Shown here: positions 1-9,965 of the stretch, piece after piece
Layout: each line of letters begins with the position of its first letter
Numbering within the stretch: the first letter of the stretch is position 1
Source of the DNA: Octopus sinensis
Lineage: Eukaryota
Direction: 5' to 3'
Assembly (NCBI RefSeq): GCF_006345805.1
Contig: NW_021824907.1
Location: 1 to 16,656, forward strand
DNA: 16,656 bases
Position numbers and translations under genes: made by a program
Notes under the pieces: generated by a model
Database searches by the model: none
Told to the model about the DNA's origin: nothing
Seen by the model: the letters and a program-made list of their open reading frames with translations, nothing else

Positions 1-1
1 C

Positions 2-52
<51 letters not shown>

Positions 53-91
53 AGATATATAGATAGACATATAGTAGATAGACAGATAGAT

Positions 92-146
<55 letters not shown>

Positions 147-148
147 TA

Positions 149-183
<35 letters not shown>
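1..183. repeat. (GATA)n microsatellite
   Basis: Near-perfect tandem GATA/TAGA units seen directly. Confidence 0.98.
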
Positions 184-300
184 TTCATAACATGTGTGGG
201 ACCGAGTAGAGTTGTTTACAATGTAAAAACAGTTTGTTGTTCGACTCTGCAGCAGTAGGCCTACTTTATAGATATTGAATTTTCGTTTTCATGTTCACAG

Positions 301-425
301 AAATTAAGTATCGATTAAACTGACCCCAGTACTTCATCAGTACTTAGTTTGTGAGTTTAAGAAAAAGAAAAGCAAAGTCGATGCTAGCGGGATGTGAATC
401 CCAACGCAAAGAGCCGCAACAAAAT
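301..425 (-). mobile_element. Old degenerate tRNA-SINE fragment (family A type)
   Basis: tcgattaaactgaccccagtac and gaaaagcaaagtcgatgctagcgggatgtgaatccc resemble the body and B-box region of the better copy at 1579-1809. Confidence 0.5.
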
Positions 426-855
426 AGAGAACTGTACAAAAGAGCCGAGAGTACAAACTGACCGATGTCTTTGCTCGTTCCCAATGTTCGTACGGTTTAA
501 ATACTTCGCTTGGCTTTGGTTCATGCAAGCTGCTTGCACCATGTTGATTTAATCAAGGTTAACTACATGACCACTGATTCCTCAGTGATGGCCACTGCTT
601 TTACAACCCAATATTTGAAGTGTCTTCTTACCACTCTCCAGAAAGTTATTTCTGTATATTAAGAGATGATATAAATATTAGTTGGCTAGGTGGTTGGTTG
701 GCTGGCTAGTTGATTTTCCAGTTACGTACTGAAAGAGGCGGTTGAGTAAACGAACGAGAGATACACAGACAGTTAATTTAAGAGGTGCAGCATGAGTGCG
801 CACACTAGACTTAGTGACAGGCAATGAGTAACAGAATGCTATACACTCACCCGAA

Positions 856-1038
856 AAGGTCCTTCCCGAGCCATATGTTTATAAAGCCGGTTTTCCGGAT
901 TCTGTGGCGTATATATTGTCCCAACCACTGGACAGGACGCCGGTTCGTCGTGGGATTAATCACTTACGCTAGCTGAGTGGTCCAGGAATCGAAACCACAT
1001 TTTTACGATCATAAGTCCAACAACCTAATCATAATCCA
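856..1038 (-). mobile_element. tRNA-derived SINE, distinct family (C), internally shortened
   Basis: Minus strand reads tgattaggttgttggacttatgatcgtaaaaatgtggtttcgattcc (tRNA-like head, B-box-like gtttcgattcc), then cgacgaaccggcgtcctgtccag and a tail ending ggaaggacctt. Family not assigned. Confidence 0.55.
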
Positions 1039-1067
1039 TGTACCTCTTTCATCCTTTCGTGGTCAGT

Positions 1068-1160
1068 AAAGTAAATAAAGTAAGTACTGGGGTCGAAGTA
1101 ACCGACTCATTCTCTTCCCTGATCTTGCTGGCCTTGTGCCAAACTTTGATATCAATATTT
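1068..1160 (+). mobile_element. SINE 3' fragment
   Basis: aataaagtaagtactggggtcgaagtaaccgact ... gctggccttgtgccaaa matches the body/tail motif of the SINE at 1397-1579. Confidence 0.55.
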
Positions 1161-1396
1161 GTTTAATTTAGAGAGTGAGTTGACCAAAGTGACCACCCTA
1201 GTTCGGAAAAGTCAGCAATCCGGAAAGACTATGGAACCAAAGTTTCCAGAAATACGACGTTGTAAAATTAAATTATAAGAGATATCATTTTCCTGCCTGT
1301 CTACCGGCTGTCAATCGATCACCCTTAGATTGGAATAATTCATTGATTCCTTCTATTGGTACAAGGCTTCAACATTAACGGAGGGATATAATCAAC

Positions 1397-1578
1397 ATTA
1401 TTCTTTTCTACTCTAGGCACAAGGCCTGCATTTTTTTTTTTTTTTGTGGGGTGGGGCAGTCGATTAGATCGACCCCACTGTTCAACTGGTACTTAATTTA
1501 TCGACCCCCCCAAAGGATGAAACGCAAAGTCGACCTCGGCGGAATTTGAACCCAGAACATAAAGACAAACGAAATACC
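1397..1578 (-). mobile_element. tRNA-SINE with truncated head and alternative tail (family A')
   Basis: Minus strand: ggtatttcgtttg...gggttcaaattccgccgaggtcgactttgcg (B box), body ggggtcgat...tcgact, tail ggccttgtgcctagagtagaaaagaataat. No A box. Confidence 0.85.
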
Positions 1579-1809
1579 TATTTCTTTACTGCCCACAAGG
1601 GGCTACACACAGAGGGGACAAACAAGGACAGACAAACGGATTAAGTCGATTATATCGACACCAGTGCGTAACTTGTACTTATTCAATCGACCCCGAAATG
1701 ATGAAAAGCAAAGTCGACCTCGGCGGAATTTGAACTCAGAACGTAGCGGCAGACGAAATACCGCAAAGCATTTCGCCCGGCGTGCTAACGTTTCTGCCAG
1801 CTCACAGCC
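1579..1809 (-). mobile_element. Near full-length tRNA-derived SINE (family A)
   Basis: A-box-like tggcagaaacgttag (RC of 1785-1799), B box gagttcaaattcc (RC of 1725-1737), tail ...ccccttgtgggcagtaaagaaata. Highly similar to the copy at 12255-12479. Confidence 0.9.
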
Positions 1810-1844
1810 TTATATAGACGATATTATTCACACTACAACGTCGT

Positions 1845-1940
1845 TGGTACTTCATTTCATCGAACTTAAGAATGACGAAAGTCAAAATTGACATCGGCAT
1901 AGAATTGAACCCGGAATGTCAAGGAATGTAACAAAATACT
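1845..1940 (-). mobile_element. Old degenerate SINE fragment
   Basis: ggtacttcatttcatcgaac...gaaagtcaaaattgacatcggcatagaattgaacccgg parallels the family A body and B-box region. Confidence 0.5.
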
Positions 1941-2019
1941 ATCAAAGATTGAAACCAAAATCTATTATTAATTAAAGCTAATTTATGAATTAACCTGATA
2001 TTTATACTAAATTATTGTT

Positions 2020-2405
2020 ACTCTTTCTTTCTTATATCCACGCAATTTACATACGTCTCCTTCCGCCTTTCATTTGTCCTTCTTCTGTTCTTCTTTCTTT
2101 CCCCTTTGAATTCTTATTTCTTCACCCTTCCCTTCTTCTCATCCTCTCAATTTTCTGTTCTCATTTTAGCTCCCCCTCTCTTGCTCACTTGCTCTCTCTT
2201 ACACATGGCATATATTCACTCTCTATAGGCATTCCTCTCTTTTTCTCCCTATCCTTCTCTTCCATACTGCATATATATACTCCACATATGCATCCTCCTC
2301 TCTCTCTTTCTCCCAATCTCCCCCTCTTCCATCAGTCGCATCATTCATTCACTTTTAATTTCTGTCTGGTATGTGTCTCTAATTTTATTTTCCTTTCTGC
2401 GCTTA
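2020..2405. repeat. Pyrimidine-rich low-complexity tract (decayed CT repeat)
   Basis: Plus strand is strongly C/T-rich. The ORF at 2015..2419 is an L/S/F/P compositional artefact. Confidence 0.75.
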
Positions 2406-2449
2406 GCTTATCTATCTAAATATTAATATTCCAGTAGCACATGTCATAT

Positions 2450-2526
2450 ATTATATTATACATACATGCATACGCACGAACACACACACACACTCACACA
2501 CACACACCCACCTATATGTATGTATA

Positions 2527-2559
<33 letters not shown>

Positions 2560-2571
2560 ATACATACACAC

Positions 2572-2614
<43 letters not shown>

Positions 2615-2672
2615 GTGTGTGTGTGTTTGTATATATATATATTATAATATATATTATATATATATATATATA
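2450..2672. repeat. Compound (CA)n/(TA)n/(TG)n microsatellite
   Basis: Seen directly. Confidence 0.95.
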
Positions 2673-2674
2673 TC

Positions 2675-3092
2675 TTTTTATTCTTTTTACTTTTTCAGTC
2701 ATTTGACTGCGGCCATGCTGGGGTACCGCCTTTAGTCGAGCAAATCGACCCCGGGGCTTATTCTTTGTAAACATAGTACTTATTCTATCGGTTACTTTTT
2801 GCCGAACTGCTAGCTTACGGGGGCGTAACCCACCGGCATCGGTTATCAAGCGATGTTGGGGGATAAACGCAGACACACAAGCACACACACACACACACAC
2901 ACGCACACTGTATATATATATATATATATAATATATATATATATATGTATAATATGCCACAAGCTTCTTTCAGTTTCCGTCTACCAAATCCACTCACAAG
3001 GCTTTGGTCGGCTCGAAGCTACAGTAGAAGACACTTGCCCAAAGTGACACACAGTGGGACTGAACTCTCGCCACCAATGGTTTGTAAGCAAG
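2675..3092 (-). mobile_element. tRNA/CORE-like SINE with internal microsatellite (family B), head truncated
   Basis: Minus strand: B-box-like gagttcagtccc, CORE-like ctgtgtgtcactttgggcaagtgtcttct, internal TA/TG microsatellite (2870-2950), 3' part ending ccagcatggccgcagtcaaatgactgaaaaag. Colinear with 10012-10394. Confidence 0.85.
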
Positions 3093-3095
3093 ATA

Positions 3096-3108
3096 TATAT
3101 CATATATC

Positions 3109-3173
<65 letters not shown>

Positions 3174-3230
3174 TATATATATATATATACATACACATAC
3201 ACACGCATACACACACAAACACATATGTAC
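3096..3230. repeat. (TA)n/(CA)n microsatellite
   Basis: Seen directly. Confidence 0.95.
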
Positions 3231-3344
3231 AAGCAAGTGTATTAGTTTGATGCTAGAGAAAAATGAAAAAGTCTTTTTACGCTCTCCGACAGAAAGGAAT
3301 AATGGAAAATAAATAGACGAATAAGAGAAGATATAAACAGGGGT

Positions 3345-3372
3345 TTATACATGGTGGCCCAAAAGTAGGTTT
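3345..3372 (+). mobile_element. Possible Tc1/mariner terminal repeat remnant
   Basis: TA-catggtggcccaaaagtagg resembles TA-CAGGGTGGCCCAAAAGT-type TIRs. No partner end found. Confidence 0.25.
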
Positions 3373-3534
3373 ACTATTATTCAACTATCTCTTTCGTATT
3401 CCTATGTTAACGGTTCAGATCTTGATTCTAGAAAAATATGAAACCACTCTTTTCAGTTTCTAAGATAGAAATTTAAATGTAATAAAATGTTGCAAAAGAA
3501 ATTTAAAGTGCCTACGTGATAACTATAAACCTAT

Positions 3535-3558
3535 ATGTGTATATATACATGCATATAT

Positions 3559-3624
<66 letters not shown>

Positions 3625-3634
3625 TATATATATA

Positions 3635-3669
<35 letters not shown>

Positions 3670-3765
3670 AGTGCGTGTGCGCGCGCCTATACATGTATGC
3701 TTACATGTACATATTTGTACATTCGTCTATGTTTGTGGGTGAGCATAAACACCCATATATATATA

Positions 3766-3828
<63 letters not shown>

Positions 3829-3945
3829 CATAATGAATACATTCGTACAAGAAAACATACATATATATATACATACACACTCAAACACATACATGCATAC
3901 ATGCATGCATACATACATACATACATACATACATACATACATACA

Positions 3946-3976
<31 letters not shown>
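3535..3976. repeat. Compound (TA)n, (TG)n and (CATA)n microsatellites
   Basis: Seen directly; the (CATA)n run is at about 3885-3976. Confidence 0.95.
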
Positions 3977-4317
3977 GATTATTTTATGTTATAATCCACC
4001 AAACTCTCTCCGTCGCTAAATTTCAGCATAATACACAACAGCCAACATTGATAGAACATATGGCGCCGCCTCACGACAATCAAGTTAAACTACATGAAAT
4101 ATTTGGCGCCATTTTGCAACAAATTTAATCCTCGATCGAACACCTGTTTTTCCAGTAAAATCTCGTGATCGAACTCCGATTTTAATCAAATCCATTTTTT
4201 TCTTACAGTCACGTCAAATCTCCAGCAGCCATATTACGTCTGAGACTTCATATTAATTACTAATTTAAAGAAGGTGAATTACTAAAAACGATTAAACGTT
4301 TTTGCTTAAAATAACAG

Positions 4318-4580
4318 CGAAATGGCGGAGTTGAGATTCCGGATGAAATTCCTCGCGGAAATTGTTTAGGCTGCTACATTTCTGAGTTCAAATCCTATTG
4401 CGGTCTGCTTTAATTTTTTTTTCTTTTTTGTTAGTCTTTCGGACTGCAATAAAAATAACTGTCTACGGCGGTGGACTAGCGAAATTTTCACAGCGTCAGA
4501 CGGGATTCTTCACTGTGTTTCTTCCGATTTTTGTGTTCTGGGTTCAAATCCTTCTTAGGTGGCAGATTTAATCCATCACT
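4318..4580 (+). mobile_element. Two tandem, heavily decayed tRNA-SINE heads
   Basis: aatggcggagttg...tctgagttcaaatcc (4320-4400) and acggcggtggactagcg...tctgggttcaaatcc (4466-4551) each carry a B-box-like gttcaaatcc in the family A context. Confidence 0.5.
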
Positions 4581-4984
4581 CGGTTTAATTGCTCTACCTG
4601 GTATCCTGGATATCTGTAGCGCAGTCTATTTTAATCAAATCTCCTGTTTAAGGACATCTTTCCTGCTCCTTTTCAATAGTCTCAGATGTTATGATAAGGG
4701 TCACTATCCTGCCCTTACCATTTGTATCTAGGTTTCTTTCGTTTTTACTATCTTTCGTATCTGGCTATGATTTGTTCAAGAACGGTAAAATATATTTCCG
4801 TTGCAGTTACTGGTCTTGTTAGTAGTGTTATCGTTAATCACGAGATCAATCCTAATCATGTGGTCTCACGTGTAATCAAAGACTATCTCGTATTTTATTT
4901 AGATAGCGTATATCTAGGAACATATTCTCAATGTATTCTGTCCTACAGGGTGCGGCAAAATAAAACAAAACATTCTCTTAAGAC

Positions 4985-5070
4985 GGTAATGAAATGGCAG
5001 AGTCGTTAGAACGTCGGACAAAATTCTTTGTGGTATTTATTTAGACTCTTATCTTCCTCAGTTCAAGTCA
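4985..5070 (+). mobile_element. Decayed tRNA-SINE head
   Basis: tggcagagtcgttagaacgtcggacaaaat...gtggtattt...cagttcaagtc parallels the family A head. Confidence 0.5.
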
Positions 5071-5149
5071 TGTTACGGTCTCACCATTCTTGATAAACGT
5101 ATGTTGTGCACCGGTCCAAACCGTGATGGTAAATCTTTTATCGTTTAAC

Positions 5150-5300
5150 AGTTTCATTCATTAGACCGTGGCCATGCTAGGGCACCGCCTTGAAGAATTT
5201 AGTCGAACAAATCGATCCAGGTGCTCTTCTGCCGAATCGCTACGTTATGGGGACATGAACACAACACCGGTTGTCAACCAGTGAATCGGGAAAACACACA
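5150..5300 (-). mobile_element. Family B SINE, 3' half with internal deletion
   Basis: gtggccatgctagggcaccgcc...ttagtcgaacaaatcga...gccgaatcgcta matches 2700-2880. Followed by its microsatellite; no head seen. Confidence 0.75.
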
Positions 5301-5443
5301 CACAAATATACATATATATATATATATGTATATGTGTGTGTGTATGTGTGTGCGTGCGTGTGTGCGCGTGCGTGCGTGTGTGCGCGTGCGCGCGTACGTG
5401 TGTGTGCGCGTGCGTGTGTGTACGTGTATGTGTGTGTGTGTGT

Positions 5444-5475
<32 letters not shown>

Positions 5476-5480
5476 ATGCA
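5295..5480. repeat. Compound (CA)/(TA)/(TG)/(TGCG) microsatellite
   Basis: Seen directly. Confidence 0.95.
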
Positions 5481-5491
5481 TGTATATTATT

Positions 5492-6890
5492 CCTTCGTAT
5501 CAAAGTGTAGGTAAAAATGCACCGGAGTCTTTAGTCATCTCTCAAGTCACAACAAGGACCTCAGAAATAATACTTTCCTTAAGATGTGCGCTGTGCCCAT
5601 TAAGGCTTTTTGCAAGACATCAATCTTGCATGGGATTTCCAATTGCCTTAAGTCTTGAAGTTTCAATGGGATTGATACCACTGGTATCACTTTTACATTA
5701 CCATCTCGCATTCCATAAAGTTTTGCGATTTCCACTTTCAGTTTGGAGTACTTGGTGATTTTTTTCAACCCCTTTACTCACAACATTCATATCATTTGGT
5801 ATGGCTACATTAATGATCTGACAGTATTTGTCTCTCTTATTCAATATGACAATATCCGGCCGACGGTGTTCGAATACACGATCTCTCTGAAAGTCATAGT
5901 CCTAGAGTATCGCTACTTTTCCATCCTCCTGCATAACTTTACTTGGTACATGCTCATACCAGTTCTCTGTTATTTTATATTGGTATTTACGGCATAAGAA
6001 CCAATGAAGATACACACACACTTTATCGTGGCGGCGCTTGTGGGTTTTTTTCTTTCTTTTTTTTTGTGCAAGGCTCTCACATCCACTTTACCAAGTGGGT
6101 CATATTTTCTATATTCTTTCCACTGAGTCTGCATTTCTGGGTGTCAGAAGTTTTATAAATGTTATACTTCACTGATCTGGAAGTGAGAGCCTGGTCTTGT
6201 ACAGCACTGATCAAGCTTTCGGTGGTACGCTTCAAATCACCTCGCTCAAGCTGTATTATCTTTATCGTCCTGTCTATTCCTTTCAAACAGTCCATGCATT
6301 CTCATTTCAAGGTCTTCTTTTCTCTTCTCCTCAGCTCTTTGGTTAAGCCCTTCCTTGCCCATCATTTCATCTGCATTTCGCGGCATATTGCAGCAGTTTT
6401 TCATTACTATCAAATACTCGGCAAGCGTTCTCCTCCCACTCCTTATATAAATGTCTATACTAATTAGTCCTCTGACACCATTCTTTCTTTTCACACACAG
6501 ACTGCTTACGTATGCTTAAAGATGTCATCAACTTTCTCGTCCTTCTATCCAATGTTGATATTCCTCCTAAGTCTATTTGAGGATGGACGCGCTATATCTG
6601 ACCACCAGAACTGCCCAGATATTCATTGCGGCAATCAGATTTTTGGCATTCAGGTTGGATTTCAACGCCATCTTCACCCTTTTTTGATACGCCTCGCTGA
6701 CCTTGACTTTCATTTCTCTGTGTAGAATGTGACCCAGCTCCAAAATCACTCCTTATACAATGGTCTTTACTAATCAGTTCTCTGCCACCATTCTTTTCAT
6801 ATACAGTCTGTTTACGTTTGCAGTTAACACTTAATACTATCTTTTGTGCTCCCTGCATGAACATACGTTTATCCAGGGGTCATTCTCAAC
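5492..6890 (-). mobile_element. Decayed, 5'-truncated non-LTR retrotransposon with restriction-like endonuclease (R4/Dong-like)
   Basis: Hand translation across frameshifts and stops gives: post-RT EMKVKVSEAYQKRVKMALKSNLNAKNLIAAMNIWAVLVVRYSA, KRKNGVRGLISID, LERGDLKRTTESLISAVQDQALT; CCHC-like CRLSGKNIENMTHL..GC and RRHD; PD-(D/E)xK region RRPDIVILNKRDKYCQIINVAIP; C-terminal [36 protein letters not shown]. Clade assignment is from motif memory. Confidence 0.88.
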
Positions 6891-7145
6891 TAATTTTTAG
6901 TTCCTTTACTGGTCATTTCCCGTGTTCCCACAACCAGCATTATAATCGTCTTGAGAGTAAGAGGAAGAGAAGCAGCTTGATGAATAGACCAAATTCTACA
7001 GGTCTGTAAATACATTCGGCAGATGGTGAGGAGGTCAGCAGTGGGCATTCCTGTGCGATAAGGAGACAAAAGACGCTTCACACCCTTGGGGTTAGTAGAG
7101 GTCAAATGTGTTTACTACTACTAGCGATCAATGATAGCGCTGGCT

Positions 7146-7165
7146 TATTATTATTATTGTTATTA

Positions 7166-7237
<72 letters not shown>

Positions 7238-7253
7238 AAATAATTATTATTAT
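7146..7253. repeat. (ATT)n, the (AAT)n 3' tail of the Tx1-like element on the minus strand
   Basis: Abuts the 3' UTR ending ...cccttgtagccagtaaagaaatg on the minus strand. Confidence 0.9.
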
Positions 7254-7481
7254 CATTTCTTTACTGGCTACAAGGGCCGAACACATAAACAATTAGGGAC
7301 CAAACAAAGCAAGGGACAAGTGGGGTTTAAAACAAAAACGGTTAACAAAAATAAATTAAACAGCAAAATTCCCCAATAGGGGGAGTTCCACCTAAAGCCA
7401 ATCAGGACACCCCACACATTCTGGTCGTCCCGACTACCAAGTGCACGACATGTAGGCACCCCTCTACCCCTCAGCTGCTCT

Positions 7482-8290
7482 GGCTTACAGACGATTATTC
7501 AGAGTAGGCTCATTCACACGAGTCATTTTCGCAACATTCACCCACCTTTCAACAAACTTACTCGAGGCGGGGGGGGGGCAGTACTTCTCTCTCTACCCTC
7601 ACTTTCCATTTCAAGTTGAACTTAAAAATTCGATGAGGGCTCGGCCGAAGAGGAAAGTGTCTGTTGAAAGTCCTTCCAACCTCGTCCACAACACTACCTC
7701 TTTCGCTATAGCCACCAAGCAGAAGAAAACTGCCTTTCCCTCCCGGCCAAAAGAAGGCGGCCGGGCGATACTCGCAATGGACTCAGCTGATAACCGGATC
7801 CACCTTACACGTAACTACAACTGTTCGACAAAACTTTGCAGTTCAGTAATGCACGAACATTGGACGAGTGCAAGCAGGATGGGTTCATCGCCCTGCGCAC
7901 ACCTCAACAGGTCCGTCTGATAGCACTCCCATGTCAAAAGAGCTTTCTCGAACCGGCAATACGTGGGGGCATAAACAGCGACTAGTCTAAAGGCACCACC
8001 TTCACTGTCGCTCACGGTCAGGACCATCAACATACCCTCCGGGTCCAGGAAGATTGTCCGGGATTCAAGATCCAGGCCTTTCATAAACAACACTGCCACA
8101 CCGCCTCCCATTCCAGGCCGACTCAGAGACGCGTAGATCGCATAATTGTTACGAAGATGGCTGTGTCGGAAATCCTAGTCTCACTGGCTGCTATCACAAC
8201 CAAACCTAGTGACCAGAAGTCATTGAGCAAGCGGCTTTGCTCCCAGAGTGACTTCAAGCTGCGAAAATTTATGCAGCTCAGTTGTCATGA
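7482..8290 (-). pseudogene. ORF2 remnant: APE endonuclease N-terminus joined to the C-terminal zinc-finger region
   Basis: CINFRSLKSLWEQSRLLND..VIAASETRIS..GGGVAVLF..FLDPEG..FRLVAVYAP (APE motifs). At ~7960 it jumps to LPVR(E)KLF*HGS..LRCAQGDEPILLALVQC..KWKVRVERE..KFVERWVNVA. Several frameshifts and stops. Confidence 0.85.
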
Positions 8291-8328
8291 CGGCTCGAAA
8301 AGGTCGAGGAAAAGAAAAAATAGCCGGG

Positions 8329-9965
8329 TTACTTACCCACCTGGAGCTGTTGGCAGCCCGGTAACCCGGGCTTCGGGTCTGGTTCCTCTGGGAAACCGGT
8401 TAAAAGTTTCTTCGTAGTGCGAACGTTTGGCCTTCCCACGTCATGAGGGAAAACCTTCTGAATTTCTTTGTATTTTTTAGGAGTAGCTGAATTAGCAATA
8501 GATGATCCAGAAGTGTGCTGGTATCAAAAATTGCACCCTCTCTCTAAATTTCCTTGTCTTTGGCTATGAGAGCTAACAAATTTTTGTTGGCTCTCCTCAC
8601 GAGCACATAATTCGGTGTTTCTATACTGGGATAGTGAGCCTCCTGTTGGGAGGTACATGTGGTTGAGAGCATTGGTACATTTGGTTAGGTTAAGGGTGAT
8701 TTTTGAAGATGGTGGTGCTAGTGTTGTTGATGAGCTGGGAATTTCTGTGTTTTTAGTTGTCGGTATAGGTTCGTCTGCCTTTTGTTTTGTCTTTTTCGTT
8801 TTCTTGCTTTCTAAGTTTCTTCCTAATCTTCAGTACTGAATAGGGAGGGACTAGTATCTGTAGGATCTGTCTCGGGGAGTGTGAGTGTGTCTGTGGTAGT
8901 GTGAGCGTATACCTGAGAGAGAGGGTGAGAGAGGGCTAGTTTGACAGATACCCTGGGTGGTTTTCTCCATTCTATTGGGCTCACATGCCTCTGTTGTTGG
9001 AGATGACGCTACCGTTTTATTAAAAGTTCTCCATTGTTACTGTTGCTCTGCAGGTGTGCCCACGTACCTCCCAACTTTTAGGGACAAAACGCTCTCAGGT
9101 GGCTTTTGGACCCACAGATGTCGCATCTGGGCTTCCTACCCCACGACGACACGCAGTTCCACCCAGTTGCGCAGCTGGATCAGGTCTGGGATCTTCTCGC
9201 TGTCATCCGGTTTTACATGGATTAATATATCCAAATTGATCCCACACCAATTCTCCCTACTGCTCCTTTTCACCTCCAGGAGTGACTCTGGGTCTTGAAC
9301 CACACAAGCGACAATCCAAAAAGACGTTTACGCCCGGTGGTACACCATTGACTCTGACTCATTGTTCCCGTTGAGAAATAGGTGGGATACAGGACCACTC
9401 CTAAGTCCACCAGGGTAACACTGCGTGTCTTCGCGCGAGGTCCACACTTTTAAAGAGAACCTCAATGCTGGCAAACTGCCTCCCTCTCTGTATATGGGCC
9501 ACCTCTATTAAATTTTCTCGGAGGGACTTCTCAACATGACTGATGTACGCATCTGAAATAAACAGTCTTCTTCTCTTTTGTTTCTATTATTTCGGAAGGT
9601 ACGAGCACTGCTGCCTTACCACCCTCAAATTTAATATCTTATGCTTTTGTGAGTTCTCTCGTTTCATCAAGTGATATGACAAACATCTCTTTCTTTGTGT
9701 TCACATCAGCAAACCTTTTATTTTTGTTATTGTTTTAAGTTGTCGTCGTCGTCGTCATCATCGTCGTTGTTGTTGTTACAACTGCTACTGCTGCTGTGGT
9801 GGTGGTGGTGGTGATGGTGGTGGTGGTGGAGGTTGATGGTGGTGGTGGTGGAATTGTGGTCACTTTTACCGTTGCCATTCCCACCACCAACGTCACCGCT
9901 ATTTTCCCCCTCTCCGCCTTCGATGTTAGCATTACTTTTTTTCTACTAAAATCCGTTGCACTTTT
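8329..9965 (-). pseudogene. ORF1 remnant (gag-like, CCHC zinc knuckle)
   Basis: Across frameshifts: VLVPSEIIETKEKKTVYF, HIQRGRQFASIEVLF, LYPTYF, RVNGVPP, EKIPDLIQLRNWVELRVVV-GRKPR-CDICGSKSHLRAFC (CX2CX4HX4C at ~9081-9125), then a K/T/S/P-rich linker. The start position is inferred. Confidence 0.8.
9738..9852. repeat. Compound trinucleotide repeat (GTC/GTT/GCT/GTG)n
   Basis: Seen directly; lies within the probable low-complexity N-terminus of ORF1. Confidence 0.9.

Noticed and set aside
337-528. 63-aa minus-strand ORF
   Set aside because: Overlaps a decayed SINE, has no recognisable domain and no convincing splice context.
566-600. cactga-ttcc-tcagtg hairpin with CTGAGGA on the minus strand
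   Set aside because: No GAAA box or stem III at a suitable distance, so not a hammerhead.
1664-1891. 75-aa plus-strand ORF
   Set aside because: Antisense read-through of SINE sequence.
2451-3978. Many ORFs rich in YI, HT, CV and YVCM repeats (similar ones at 5221-5514, 7131-7379 and 12029-12293)
   Set aside because: Translations of microsatellites that lack stop codons by composition.
4944-4966. TA-cagggtgcggcaaaataa, mariner-like TIR start
   Set aside because: Only a poor inverted partner (~5101-5116) and no internal transposon sequence; too weak to call.
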